A stretch of 53,516 bases of DNA from NCBI GenBank assembly GCA_910592345.1, contig CAJVPI010000107.1, positions 1 to 53,516 on the forward strand, in the 5' to 3' direction. The notes beneath the pieces were generated by a model. That model did not search any database and was not told where the DNA came from. It saw only the letters and a program-made list of their open reading frames with translations. This document shows positions 11,109 to 22,363 of the stretch, in pieces (the first letter of the stretch is position 1; each line of letters opens with the position of its first letter). The position numbers and the translations under genes were made by a program. Origin of the DNA: Paraglomus brasilianum (lineage: Eukaryota).

Positions 11109-12616
11109 TACATGAAACAAGAGGAGTTGACTACGGAATTGCAAACTTTAAACTGAATACAAATATGTATTGATCACCATAATAGAATATTTGATATTCA
11201 CATCGACAAAAATCACGTGAATTATTAGTTAATTTCGAAATAACGAATCTTTCTTCGTTAAAGTGATAATAAACTTTATGTACCAGCTCGTTCCAAATGA
11301 CAAATATTTGATGTGTCATCAGTCTAATATGAAACCAATCGTTTAATTCCGTATTTGTGATAACTAATACCAAAATGATAGTAACTGTCGATAGTCTAAC
11401 AGCCGTCTTGCCGAATCAAACATAGTATCAAGTTGCTTTAGTCGGCGATCCGTATGTATTGCTCAGTCTATTTAAACGAAGTTTCAAATGTAGTTATATG
11501 GTCATAGCGTCATTATTAATTAATATTCGTTTGCTGCATATGTGTGACGATTTGCGGAGCACTAACATTACGGTCTAAGCTGTACCCACATAGTTCTACA
11601 AGTCAACAAGGACCTATAATCGATCGAATATTACGTTGTGCATCAACACTTTGTTGAGTCGATTGTTTTAACAAATTGAAAGTCATCGTTTTTGTTACCT
11701 TCAATAAATGGAAATTGAAAATTATTAAAGTATTGAAAATTTCAATCTGGTTGTCATTCAACTATTATTTAAAATCAGAGGAGCGATCAAAATAGTCGAT
11801 GAACAAAATTATCCAAGTTTGTTTAATGCACTACTTATTTGCGGAGGTTTCCTTATAAGGGACAGAATCGGATAAAACATTTAACTATGGAAAAAAATAC
11901 TTCCACAAAAATGCAAAACAAACTTATTAGCGTTAGTCCATAACAGATAACGATAAAGCCAACTTCGTTCCAAACGTTTAATGGAAATGGATCATCAAAC
12001 GGATTCCCTAACTCGCGATTTTGAGATTTGAATCGTTGATCGGTGGTGCCTACTTTTCCCTGGGGACAGCACAGTTACTATATCTGACATCGTCACTCTT
12101 CAAAAGCTGTGCTGGCTTGCTGGTAACCAGCTTAGTCTAGAGCGTTGAAATGTCAATGATACAAGTCCGTCAACATCCTTGGTGGGAAAACATGCGGGCT
12201 TTGACTCTGCAAATACCGAAATAGAAGATTTTGAAAAGTGGTTGGCTACGAGTTGTAAGTAACAAGAATCTCGTTTTCAAATTATTGAAAGTCAGCCTCG
12301 TTATACCATAACAGTCGAGGATAAATCGGAATGGGAGAACGGAGGACCAGTTGGGAAGGTGACTCAGATAGTGAACCTGACCTCTTTGATAGGTGAATAA
12401 AGAATTAGAATACATGTGTTTGACCTGCAAACATCAAACCTTATTGGTAAATTCCGAAAATCGAATAACGGATGCATTAATGTTTCTTGGCAGTAATAAA
12501 TATAAATAGGACATTCGCCTACTTTTTATCCACAATCCCAACCACTGCATCATTATTCTCATACATTCATTCCTTTAGATATAATTTCACCCATAACGGC
12601 TCACATATCAACCAGG

Positions 12617-14094
12617 ATGAAGATAAATTTGACACGTTTTTTTCAGTATGTGTTAGAGATATATTGAATTTTCCGTGGATTGAATTTTTGATACTAATTT
12701 GATCGGTTTGGTTTTTGACGACAGATACGAAACGTTCAAGATAGTAAAGGTTCAAGAGTGAGTATATTCTTAATGGTTGTTTTATTCATCGCTGTTTTTC
12801 TCTTACATCTATATCACATAATAACATCCACTTTCATTTGTATTTAGCCAAAGGCTCGGTATTCTGTATCGTCTGTTTCAATTGGGGATCTTCGTATATA
12901 TACTATATACAATAATTGCTGATGAGGGATATCTTCGTAAGGTATATATTATGAAATACTACTTTGTCGACTTTAAAGCCTTTATTAACCTTCTTCATGC
13001 TACTAGGAACCCCCAGTCAACGGAGCAGTCAGAATATCTCTTCAGGCTCCATCGACACTGTCGGCTCCTCCATACTGTAACAACCCTCTCCCATGTATCT
13101 ACTGGGGCGCAAATGAGAGTAAGTAGATATGCAAATTGAAAATATGTATATTTAATTTAATAAAGTTGTGCTGTAAAACTCTGGGCATTCGTTTTGCCGA
13201 ATACTTATTCATTTACGATTTCCGTATATTCATCGTTCAGTCCAATTTCCATCGGACGGAGCCGGTGTAGCCTTTGTAACGACCCGTGCGTCAGTTAAAC
13301 GCTACCCTCCCCCAACCGGCTGCAATTTTCTGTCCCCATCCTCTCCAACCGATCCTTGCATCTTTGATGCAAAAACAACACCATTCGACTTTATTGCCAA
13401 CAAATCATACATCGGTGACATTGAAAACTACACCTTAATGATCGAACATTCTATCCGAGGCCAAACGACATCTATTGCAGTTCGCAACGGTATAATGGAT
13501 GGAAAACTCATGTCGGCAGATGGAAAAACCGTCATCAAGGAATGGACTAATGCAACAAGAATGGCTGAAAACTCCGAAGCAGATGGAGATATCGTTACAG
13601 TAAGCGATTTGTTACAGGCTGCCGGTGCTAATTTGGAGGCGCCATCAACTGCTCCCGGTGCTGCTCCAGGAGAAACATACAGATCGTCTGGTATCGTGAT
13701 TGTGATTGTGATTGAATACACGAACGTCCCATTCAAAAAGGACGAGCTGTCTTACAAATATCTTCCTCAAGTGATTGATGGAAACGAATACAAAACCGTC
13801 GAGAATTTGTACCAATCAGATGGATCGTACATTTTAAAAGATCGACATGGTATTCGGTTCGTATTTCAACAACATGGGCAGATTGGTGAATTCAATATGA
13901 TTGCATTACTCCAAAACATTGTTGCTGGGTTTGCTCTATTCGGATTGGCTGCCATCATAGTCGAATTCCTCATGTTGAAGCTCTTGCCCGAGAAACAGTT
14001 GTATGAAGAGGCCAAGTTTGAAGCGACAGATGACATTGACCAAATGAGAAAAAACAAATCCCATAAGCTTGACGACGACGAAGAAAGTAAATAA
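12617..14094 (+). CDS. P2X: P2X receptor (ligand-gated ion channel) homologue, copy 1; 5 exons, 373 aa
   Basis: Exons at 12617-12645, 12725-12757, 12848-12941, 13007-13118 and 13241-14094 total 1122 nt in frame. N-terminal YxTxK (QYETFK), TM1 RLGILYRLFQLGIFVYILY..EGY, FVTTR, YIGDIENYTLMIEH, RHGIRF..GQIGEF, TM2, C-terminal YxxxK (YEEAKF). Closest in style to Dictyostelium/chytrid P2X. Confidence 0.92.
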
Positions 14095-15018
14095 AAGAAA
14101 TAGTTGTGGCTGCTATTGTGGCTGCTGTTGTGGTTGTGGTTAACCATTCTTGCCATTAATAGAACATTAGTAATATTTAATGTAATATTTACGATTTTGC
14201 ATGCCAATTCATTCGTTAAAATTGATAGAGACAATACACCTAGATGCACATTAATAATAAAAAATACAAGCATGCTTAGTCACTCACATTTGCTTAGAGT
14301 GTAACAAGTTTCTTTCTTTCTGTTTTTGCAAGGGAATGCACAAGGTATGCAGTATGTGCGACATTAGTTGTCCATCGAAGGCCAATAAAATGAACGCCCC
14401 TTGTGATTATGCCAAGATAATTATGATGTCCTTGTTGTGTAAAGTTCTCTTCGATTAAAAGTTGAATCCTTATTGTTTAGCGATTTCAGGACATGAATTG
14501 CCGCCGTTGTCATCTTTTGTTGTCAAATTATACTGAATGACTGAATTAACGCTAAATTTATTACATATATATGGGAATGAGGCTGAATTAAAGTTGTCTT
14601 TTACAATACTTAATTTATACGTCCGATTACCGAAAATCCGAATTAAAGAGGGAAGAGTTAACAGTGGATTAACTTAACAAAGAAATTATGCTCTAACGAA
14701 TCGCTAGCATTTTAAACCAAATTAAATATGACAATTATTGCCATAGTTATTATTATGGGACCTGTTAATCATTACGACTTTATTGACAAGCTAGAGATAC
14801 CTGAGCTACGTAATTCGGTTTAATTAATGGAAAATGATTAGCTCAATTAGATCAAGGTAATCGATCTAGTTATATGCGACGAAGGATGCCAAGAGGGGGG
14901 GGTAGGGGTATCTTTTACTTACGTTATGGTGATTTAGACATGTTTGCAAATATAGTTTGTAAGACTTATACAGTATATGCAGGTTTGGATTATTAGAATA
15001 ACAAATAATATCCAAATA

Positions 15019-15126
15019 CAGTCGAACCTCCATAAAAGAACCCTCTGTAAAGGAACAATCTCCTATAAGAACGTTTTATCATAAAACATATCTGATTTAT
15101 TAGTAAACCTCCTGTTATATAAGAAC
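15019..15126 (+). mobile_element. Left end of a pogo-type MITE (partner end not found)
   Basis: TA|CAGTCGAACCTCCATAAAAGAAC followed by repeated (T)AAGAAC motifs, the same architecture as other TA-CAGT elements in the window. Confidence 0.4.
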
Positions 15127-15418
15127 GATTATATGTTTACAATGTCGGTGCTTGCATGTTTGTTTGGTAATCTGTCAGAACATCTCCGGTCTGAAATCAA
15201 GTTGCGAAAATTTTCTGTCATTTTTAATTACGCAACGAATTATCCACTACATAAAATATCACGTAGCGTAACCAGAACTAATCCAAAATTGGTATTACAG
15301 TGTTGTGCATCATAAACGAACGCATTACCATTAACTGATTGCGTTTTCAACACCCTATCCACAAGGCAAGTGAAATAACTGAACGCCATGGTGTTTGGAT
15401 TTTTATTAGTTTTCTTAT

Positions 15419-15645
15419 TCGCCAGATATGAACCCAATCGAGAACCTGTGGGCGATACTTAAGGGGAAAGTGGAAAGAAGAGGTAAATTTATGGTGAATA
15501 AAAAACACCAACCTTTCAACGGTTGAAGTTTAAACAGTAATTCGTCAGAAATGAAAGGGTCTGAATGATAACCTCTTCCTTAGGTTAGTGAAATTGTGGT
15601 TTGGAGGAGGTAATTAAGCGGGAGGGGCGAAAGACAATGTATGTA
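15419..15645 (+). mobile_element. Tc1 transposase C-terminal remnant
   Basis: SPDMNPIENLWAILKGKV matches the Tc1 SPDLNPIENLW motif. A degraded EEVIKREGRKTMY terminus follows. Confidence 0.75.
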
Positions 15646-16204
15646 CGAAATTAAGCATACAAAGGTAATAAAAATAAAAGTTTTTGTTTGCGAGATTAAA
15701 TTTCAATCTTATAGTGGAGGAATGTGCTTGATTAATTATAGTCTAAAGCGCTTCTTATCGTGTATTTTTATTATGTATTACACGAGTTCATAATACTGGT
15801 TAATTTGTTTCGACATAGTGTGGTAATAATGTCTAATTGGAGAAGGGAAAGGAAACAGAAGAGATAAAATCCTCACAGTTTAGGGATAGAAGTAACCAAA
15901 AGCTTATTGCCTTGACTGAGAAAAAACAAACGGCAGGTTAGCTTTATTAATATTCTTAAACCAAATTGATCGAGCCTAAATTCTGAATTATGCTATTCCT
16001 TAAGGCCAATTTTTGGCAATTTTGACACATAATTTTATGATGCATTTTTGAGAACAATGTTAAGATGTTATTTGCAAAAATTTTTTAGGTAACATTTTTA
16101 AATTATGCTTTATTCGAGCTATGATAGGGTACTATATTCTGGGGGGTTAGATATCGGTAGTGTTACAATACGGGAAGCCCCATATGAAAATCCATATCGA
16201 TATA

Positions 16205-16965
16205 CAGTGACACTCCTCTTGAATGCAACAACACCTTGGGACCGAGTGCTTGCGTTGCATTTTGCATTTATTGGGGGGGTTCCATATCAGGAAAGACATT
16301 TTAACGATTTACAGATTTTCCTTTATTAAAACTTTCAAGCCAACTTTACGTAAAAGTTTGACTATAAATATTCCTAATTGTTAACTAAGAATTGTGGTAT
16401 GCACTTTGTTTCATCGAATTTACCTTTTTTTCGCGAATGAATTTCTCCAAACTATTAACAGCTTTTAAATATCTACCGGTTTCCTCTTGTTGAATTAGAA
16501 ATGTCTTTACGTTTTCTAAACTTTTTAGTGCCTCATGAGCACGGGTTTCATTACTATTATCGTCAGTTTCTTCATCGTGTTCTCCACTAATAAAGAAATA
16601 ATATCGTCACTTTCAGGAAGCTCAAAAACGATATCTTCCGCTAGTAACAATATAATCAATCTGCTGTTTCAAAGCGTGATCAAACTCGAGCACTGAAAAA
16701 AGAAAATAGCAATGCATCACAAAGATTTTTTTTCTCACGCGTAAAGCTGGATCTACAACAAATAATGTTGTGCGCGCGAATTGTGATGTTTGAAATTCGA
16801 TACGTATTTGATCATTTTCCCGTAACAAATAACATTACGGTAATCACGTGAGTTGCACTTAGACCATTAAGGGCGGGACCACAAATCGCAGAAAACGAGG
16901 GGCACTTATTCACTACAAAGTGTTGCATTTAGTTAAAGGGGGATTGCACTTATGAGGTGTCGTTG
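16205..16965 (-). mobile_element. Tigger/pogo deletion derivative nested in another repeat
   Basis: Imperfect TIRs: TA|CAGTGACACTCCTCTTGAATGCAA and (reverse complement) TA|CAACGACACCTCATAAGTGCAA. The minus strand around 16390-16580 encodes DEETDDNSNETRAHEALKSLENVKTFLIQQ...MKQS, resembling Tigger transposase C-termini. Confidence 0.6.
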
Positions 16966-16967
16966 TA

Positions 16968-17301
16968 CAAAGGTTTTTTTTGCCGATCATTTGCCGATCA
17001 TTTCAATGGTAAACTTCAAAATGCTACGACCTTCGAATGAAGTTACGGCCTCTAAACTTTGGCAGCAGACAGTTTAACATCCGTTTTATCATCTGATGGC
17101 CCCATTTTTTGGTTTATCTTATGAAAAAAGTTGATTTTAAAAAGTTTCTAATAAGCAAACTAACGTTTATGTCAATAAAAAAAGAGCCGTCAGTTTGTTG
17201 GTAAACGAATCGAGCTTTCGATTTCATGAGTGTACCTGTTTCTATCAGGCTGTAGGAAATTAAAGCTATTGTATTTTTATTAATAGGCAAATGATCGGCA
17301 A
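16968..17301 (+). repeat. Dispersed repeat copy A (inverted relative to 21333-21675); its 5' piece lies at 16150-16190
   Basis: About 320 bp is alignable by eye to the reverse complement of 21333-21675. Internal 16-bp inverted repeat TTGCCGATCATTTGCC at 16980-16995 and 17286-17301. Confidence 0.85.
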
Positions 17302-17792
17302 TTAATATAAAGAGATTGACTGTAATACTGTCCATCATTACTGTAGTGAATGAATAGGATAAGCCATAATAATAACCTTATCTCCCCGATTAAAGCATGA
17401 AATAGCTGCACTGATCGAATCTGCAACAATTGAACAACGAGCATTATTGTTGATTCTCGCATGTATACACTTATTCTTTATTAACGTATTCAAAGGGGAT
17501 ACAAAAACTCTTTTTCTAATAATGCATGCGAGTTAAACTCTTAATTACACATACAAAACATCAGCATCCGACATGAGCTATGTATGGTTATGCTTATACA
17601 GTTATCAATAGAATCGGAGCTTAAGATCAAATAATGTGTAAATTGAAAGCTTGTATTCTGTTGTCTACCGTAACACTTTAGTACTCACTAAAAATATCGA
17701 TCCCAAGCATTGGAAGCGTCCATCATTATTACAAAGATAATTATTTATTTTTATTGTTTTATAAATAGTATTTATTGTCCCAAAATACACCT

Positions 17793-19099
17793 TTAATATC
17801 TAAAAATTTTTCTTAATTTCTTACCAAACCATTGTCTAGCGTCAGACGCCGTTCCAAAAATCGAAAAAATGATAATTCCGATTATTGAACCGGCAAAGTC
17901 AGCCCAACCTGGACGTGGATCAAATGGTACGTCTCGAATAGCGTCCATAAGGGTCCCGACGGAGGTCAACAAATTCAAAAGAAAGTACGCAATGGCAAAG
18001 AGAACCATACGGAAGGCAGCAGTTCGAGCGACGTTATTACAGATTTTACCCGAACCTTCCAGCGCTAAAGGCTCATCTCCAACTGGCACGATAGCGTCAG
18101 GTTTATTTTCGCCATTAACGGGTTCGGTAATATCTGCCGTTGTCGTCGTCGTCGTCGTTGTTGTTGTCTGTACCTTAATCTTGTCTGGTTGTTGTAATGC
18201 GTTCAACCTATCGCTACTTGTGTGATAGTCAATGCTTTGTTCATCAGATAACGTTTGTGGATGATCGGCTTCAATATCAGTTGTTGTTGTTGTTGTTGTT
18301 GTCGATTTTTTGGTAGACTGTAGTGCAAGCGTTGTAGTGTTTTTGGAAGCGTTCGATTGTACTTTGAATCGGTCCAACTGGCGAATTACCTCATACGCCG
18401 CGCCGGCGGAGAAATATGTGCTTGCAGGAGTTAATAGCAAACTTGCACCATTGGATCCCATCAGACGAACCCAAGTTGGATTGGCTATATCACTGGCGAT
18501 GTGGAAAAAAAAAAGATCGTATAGTAGTGAATAAGTGTAGTATTGCTAATGTGTCAATAACTAAAGCTCGTATATTGAATAGAACACATACCAACGATAA
18601 TTTCCACTCCTTACAGCTTTTGTCTTGATTGATACAATGGATACTATCATAGTTCCGACCACACAGAACGTGGCTATAAGTCCGTAACAATGCCGATTCA
18701 ACTTGTTGTCTCTTTTATTGAAAACAATAAGACGGTATGTTTGAACGGTGAAGCTAAATCCGCTAGTCCATAATGAAAACCCCACCAGTTGTCTCTATTT
18801 GTAGTGCAAAATGAATGTTTAAAATCTGCATTTGCTGTATTTAAATATTGACTCCGAATTTTGTACCTAAAACTTACCGCCATTGCCTGCAAATAGCAAA
18901 CTCCATCGGGAGCGTCATCCCAATCGAAATTATATATAAACCCCGAAAGATCCACTAAGCTACAAAATATAACGGTCACTGAGAAGATGACCATCATTGG
19001 ATTATTTCTTGCACGAGTGAATGCTATGGCCATTACCGTAGCGCATATGAAGGACATAAAGGTAATTATAACAAGAGCGTATATCTCCCCATCAACCAT
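17793..19099 (-). CDS. 7-transmembrane GPCR-like receptor (cAMP-receptor-like/Git3-type), 3 exons, 374 aa
   Basis: Exons at 19099-18878, 18794-18592 and 18492-17793 total 1125 nt in frame. Seven hydrophobic segments, ECL1 Cys (GVCYLQA), ECL2 Cys (YRCDI), long Thr-rich ICL3, RMVLF before TM6, GIIIFSIFGT in TM7. Confidence 0.8.
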
Positions 19100-20686
19100 T
19101 TCGCAGCTTTACAGTAAAAGATAAAGAATCAAGAAGGGTTGAAAATAGTTATTACAAAATATAAGAACAATTTCCGGATCTAACGTTTAAGTGATTAGAT
19201 AACGTAAATATATCGAATCATTAGTATATATGTACAAATGAAAAAAAAATTTAATAAAGAGTTTGCTGGCTTTCCGTTCTGCTTGGTTGGATTGTGAAAT
19301 CAGTGACGGGCGGGTGCGTTATTTATTAATTTACCATGACGTTACACCAGAGAACTCTTACATAATAAATATAATAAAGCTGTCCTCATACGTTTTTATT
19401 ATCAAGTCTTGTGTTATAAGAGAGATGTAATTGCGTTTATTAATAATGACACCTATGATTGAACGCCAAAGCTAACAAGATGAGGAGGCCATAGAAGTAC
19501 GTAGACTTATTCGCTTTAATCGGATTCAAGCTTTCTAACTGGACCTTTTGTCGTAATTCTATTCGGCAGAATTTCTTGGTGTTGTCATGGCGAGTGTAAT
19601 GCAAGTTTCGTAGGGATAACAGTAATAGCCATACGTCTGGCTTATAATAAACGTGATAACCTTTATCCGTTTATTGGCTTTTAAGTCTTTAAAAATAGAA
19701 AACCAGCGACAAGCAAGATTTTATGTCTTGGAGTGTCTTCTAGCGACAGTCTGAAGCATCACGTCCGAAACTCTAAATTAGATCATTTGAATGCATATAA
19801 TACAAAAACGAAACCATGAGCGACTTGAAACCAGGAACTAATGCTAGTGATGTTACTACATTCTACATGAAACTAAAAATTTACTGTTTCACTCGCAACT
19901 GGAAGTTATAATGTGTGATTGAAAAATATGCATGTATGCTAGCTGGATATTGACTTCTTCCGTTACACTTTCTCATTTGGATTCCATTTTAGGAGGGTTT
20001 AAATCTCACTCGAAGAAATTGGTCCTACAATGCCCCCCTTTTTTTACGGTACTGCCAACTATCCTAACCGATAAACATTAAACTTTGCCCAATATCCCAT
20101 ATAATCAAAGCAATTAGTCAAGTATGATTAATTGACTCGGCATCTATTGGTATGGTTACATTATGTACAGACAACGGATGGTATTTATTAATATGGTTTT
20201 CACATATCTTAACTATACCAATAAGAACATCGATTTCCAGAGAAAAAAACAAATCGAGAGGATCGTTTGCTTAGGCCATCACACATGACACGGGATATCC
20301 AATCTCAATGCGTTCAATGCGTTTGGTAATAACTTACATAATTTTATACAGTGATACAAAGACACCCCCTGACATTTGCCAAGCTTAATATAGTATTAAA
20401 TTTAAAATACTAATACTACTTATTTAAGTCGTAACCAGATTTGCTGAAAAATTGGACACACCATATCAACATTGTGTAACTTTCTTGACGTTGTTTAATT
20501 TCAATACTGCAATAAATCTAGCTAAGACTTTAATATTAACGAATTTACTCGCCATGTCGCACAACCTGCCAGGTCGTGCAGGCTCAAATATTATCCCTTC
20601 ATTGGACACAGATGGCTTCTCCTCCATAAATAGAAATATTATGGATTTACGACGTGAAGTAAATTCAAATAAGTAGTATATTAATA

Positions 20687-21335
20687 CACGGTCAGTCTCG
20701 ATAAGTCGGCCAACTTATCGAAAACCACGTGATCAAAGATATAAACCGTTTATTATTAATAATTACATCGCAAAATAATCTTGCAGACTAGCTTGTCTTA
20801 GAGAATCGACTTGTTTTCTTCTTATATGACGATGTCAACGAAGACAGAGGGATCAATTACCTTTATTTATATAGCAAATTCACAAATCTATAACGTCTAC
20901 ATCTTAGTATTTGATCGTATGATTCTAACAACATGTTTATTGGTTTAATCGTATGATCTAATGACATGTCTAGTGCTTTAATCGTATTATTCTAATGCAT
21001 GTCTATCGTATGATTCTAACGATATGTTTACTGCTTTAATCACATGATCTAATGACATGTCTAGTGCTTTAATGTATGACTTTAATCGTATGACTTTAAT
21101 CTGATCTAAATGCATGTTTGGCTCTTTGGTGTCTTTTGTTATAACATTGCCAATTGTGTAGCCAATGTGTATTGTATTGGACAATTAATCATGGTCCACC
21201 AAGAAACTTACAAATTGTCACGTGAAACCGACTTATCGAGACACATCCAACTAAGAGAGAACTGGAGCCGTTGGCCGACTTATCGAGAATTTTTAAATAG
21301 TGAAAAAAAGATTTGGCCAAAAACAGACTTATCGA
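20687..21335. mobile_element. pogo-type MITE containing a minisatellite
   Basis: Perfect 19-bp inverted repeat TCTCGATAAGTCGGCCAAC at 20696-20714 and 21270-21288, with additional GACTTATCGA motifs. Confidence 0.65.
20911..21122. repeat. Degenerate ~33-bp minisatellite (about 6 units)
   Basis: Approximate unit TTAATCGTATGAT(T)CTAA(T/C)GACATGT(C/T)TA(G/C)TGCT, repeated with indels. Confidence 0.8.
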
Positions 21336-21675
21336 TCATTTGCCTATTAATAAAAATCGATTTTACCCAGTCTGATAGAAAACAGGTACACTCATGAAAT
21401 TGAAATCGAATACGCTCGATTCATTTATCAACAATCTGACGGCTTTGTTTTTTTCGTTTTTATTGACATAAACGTTAGTTTGCTTATTAGAGACTTTTTA
21501 AAATCGATTTTTCTCATAAAAATGGCCATCAGATGATAAAACGGGGGTTAAACTGTCTGCTGCTAAAGTTTAGAGGTCGTAACTTTCTTCGTTCGAAGGT
21601 CGTAGCATTTTGAAGTTTACTATTGAAATGATCGACAAAAAAACTTCGTATGAGGCTTCCCATACTACCGATATC
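21333..21675 (-). repeat. Dispersed repeat copy B (inverted partner of 16150-16190 plus 16968-17301)
   Basis: Shared blocks include GGCCATCAGATGATAAAACGG, GTTAAACTGTCTGCTGC, TTCGAAGGTCGTAGCATTTTGAAGTTTAC and ATTGACATAAACGTTAGTTTGCTTATTAGA. Confidence 0.85.
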
Positions 21676-22363
21676 CTCCAATATTCTTAGATTATATATT
21701 TTTTTTCTTTACTTTGTTGTGAGTCTAAAGAGCCAAAGATCTCAGTAAACATAAACAGATGAGTTATTGAGAAGTAATGGTAATGACCATTTGAAGACAG
21801 ACACTTATGAGCCCCTTAAACTTCCCCTCTCCCACACACCTCTTCCTCTTTCTTGAACTCTTACATTGTTTCTACTGCTTTGTTCGCTTCAGAGCTTTTA
21901 TTGTTGTTTTTTTAGCTCTGGTTTTCACATTCATATTCCGCAAGTATATCTTCCTCACTGAAATATGTAATGTAAGTCTGATGTGACTTCAAAGTTGGTG
22001 GGATAAGGCTTTTTTTAATAAGAATATCTACCACAAATATTAACTAACAGTTTACGATGCTAAACGTATGGGTATTATAACGTTATTAGCTATTGATCGA
22101 TATACTTAAGGTTAAGGATCGGCAAGCGATCTGCATATTATATGCAGACAAACATGACCCAACACACAGTCATGTGACTTTACATATTAATAGCTACAAT
22201 TTCCGGCAAACTATATATATGTTGGGAGTATTTAATTAGTAGCATCAGGTGATATAAAGCGATTTTGTTGGCAAATCTAAATTGTAGGCAAATTTGCCAA
22301 CAATACAGTTTAAGTTTATTGATGTGCATAATAAATCTCAATACAGACATATAGCCACTAATA

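Noticed and set aside
13428..14273. Antisense ORFs over P2X copy 1, mirrored over copy 2 at 29033-29605
   Set aside because: Their apparent conservation follows from conservation of the sense-strand P2X codons. No independent evidence.
22265..22303. 12-bp inverted repeat TTGTTGGCAAAT/ATTTGCCAACAA after the BTB gene stop
   Set aside because: Too short to assign. A rho-independent terminator reading does not apply to a eukaryotic Pol II gene.
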